Of a DNA stretch of 64,000 bases, positions 63,714 to 64,000 are shown one piece after another. Numbering within the stretch: position 1 is the first letter of the stretch; each line of letters opens with the position of its first letter. The position numbers and the translations under genes are program-made. Under the pieces are notes generated by a model. That model made no database searches, was not told where the DNA came from, and worked only from the letters and a program-made list of their open reading frames with translations. The stretch covers positions 67,272,001 to 67,336,000 of the forward strand of contig NC_087436.1 of the NCBI RefSeq assembly GCF_036321535.1, read 5' to 3'. Source of the stretch: Camelus dromedarius (lineage: Eukaryota).

Positions 63714-64000
63714 ACAGAATCAATTTTGAATGTTTGACAAATAAAAATAGGTTATGATAAACTTAACTAAGTTGTTACAGCTTTTGTAATGGGAAGAAGA
63801 AAGTAAGCATTGTTTTTTGCCCTGTTAACGCTTGAAATTTTGTATTTCATAACAATTTTGAGGCTTTTTTCATTATGTGAAATCATGGTGAACTCTAGCT
63901 GCTCATACAAAAGAAAGCTTGATGTGAAAGAATAGAGAAAATGAGGGCAGTTACTGGCCATCTGCAGTTTGTATGTATTAGCAGCTACACATGCATTTAT

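Overview
AT-rich, CpG-poor mammalian genomic DNA with no recognisable host protein-coding exon, RNA gene or CpG-island promoter. It reads as a gene desert or a large intron. A large part of the window is interspersed repeats. Ancient eutherian elements include L2, MIR, L1M, MLT1/MLT2, LTR16/ERVL and a MER46-like DNA transposon. Younger ones are L1 copies and an ERV1-type solo LTR. The young L1 3' UTRs look cetartiodactyl, and I saw no Alu, B1, Bov-tA/BovB, PRE1, CHR or SINEC copies, so a camelid origin is plausible (inference from recalled consensus sequences). Only L1-ORF2-derived ORFs in the track resemble real proteins. The most interesting signals are non-canonical retrotransposition products, each marked by target-site duplications (TSDs). 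(1) A tailless 297-bp L1 fragment covering the RT catalytic core has a perfect 15-bp TSD (63402-63728). (2) A ~75-nt polyadenylated LTR-like retrocopy has a perfect 12-bp TSD (27472-27586). (3) A twin-primed inverted L1 has a multiply switched hairpin junction (42432-43440). (4) A poly(A)-only insertion sits inside ERVL pol (30342-30418). There is also a probable ~0.4-kb genomic micro-inversion at 54.6-55.0 kb, a strong minus-strand bias of young insertions, and several repeat-free, motif-dense candidate enhancers. I found no evidence for a new multi-gene biological system. Repeat family names are from memory, and boundaries of old repeats are approximate.
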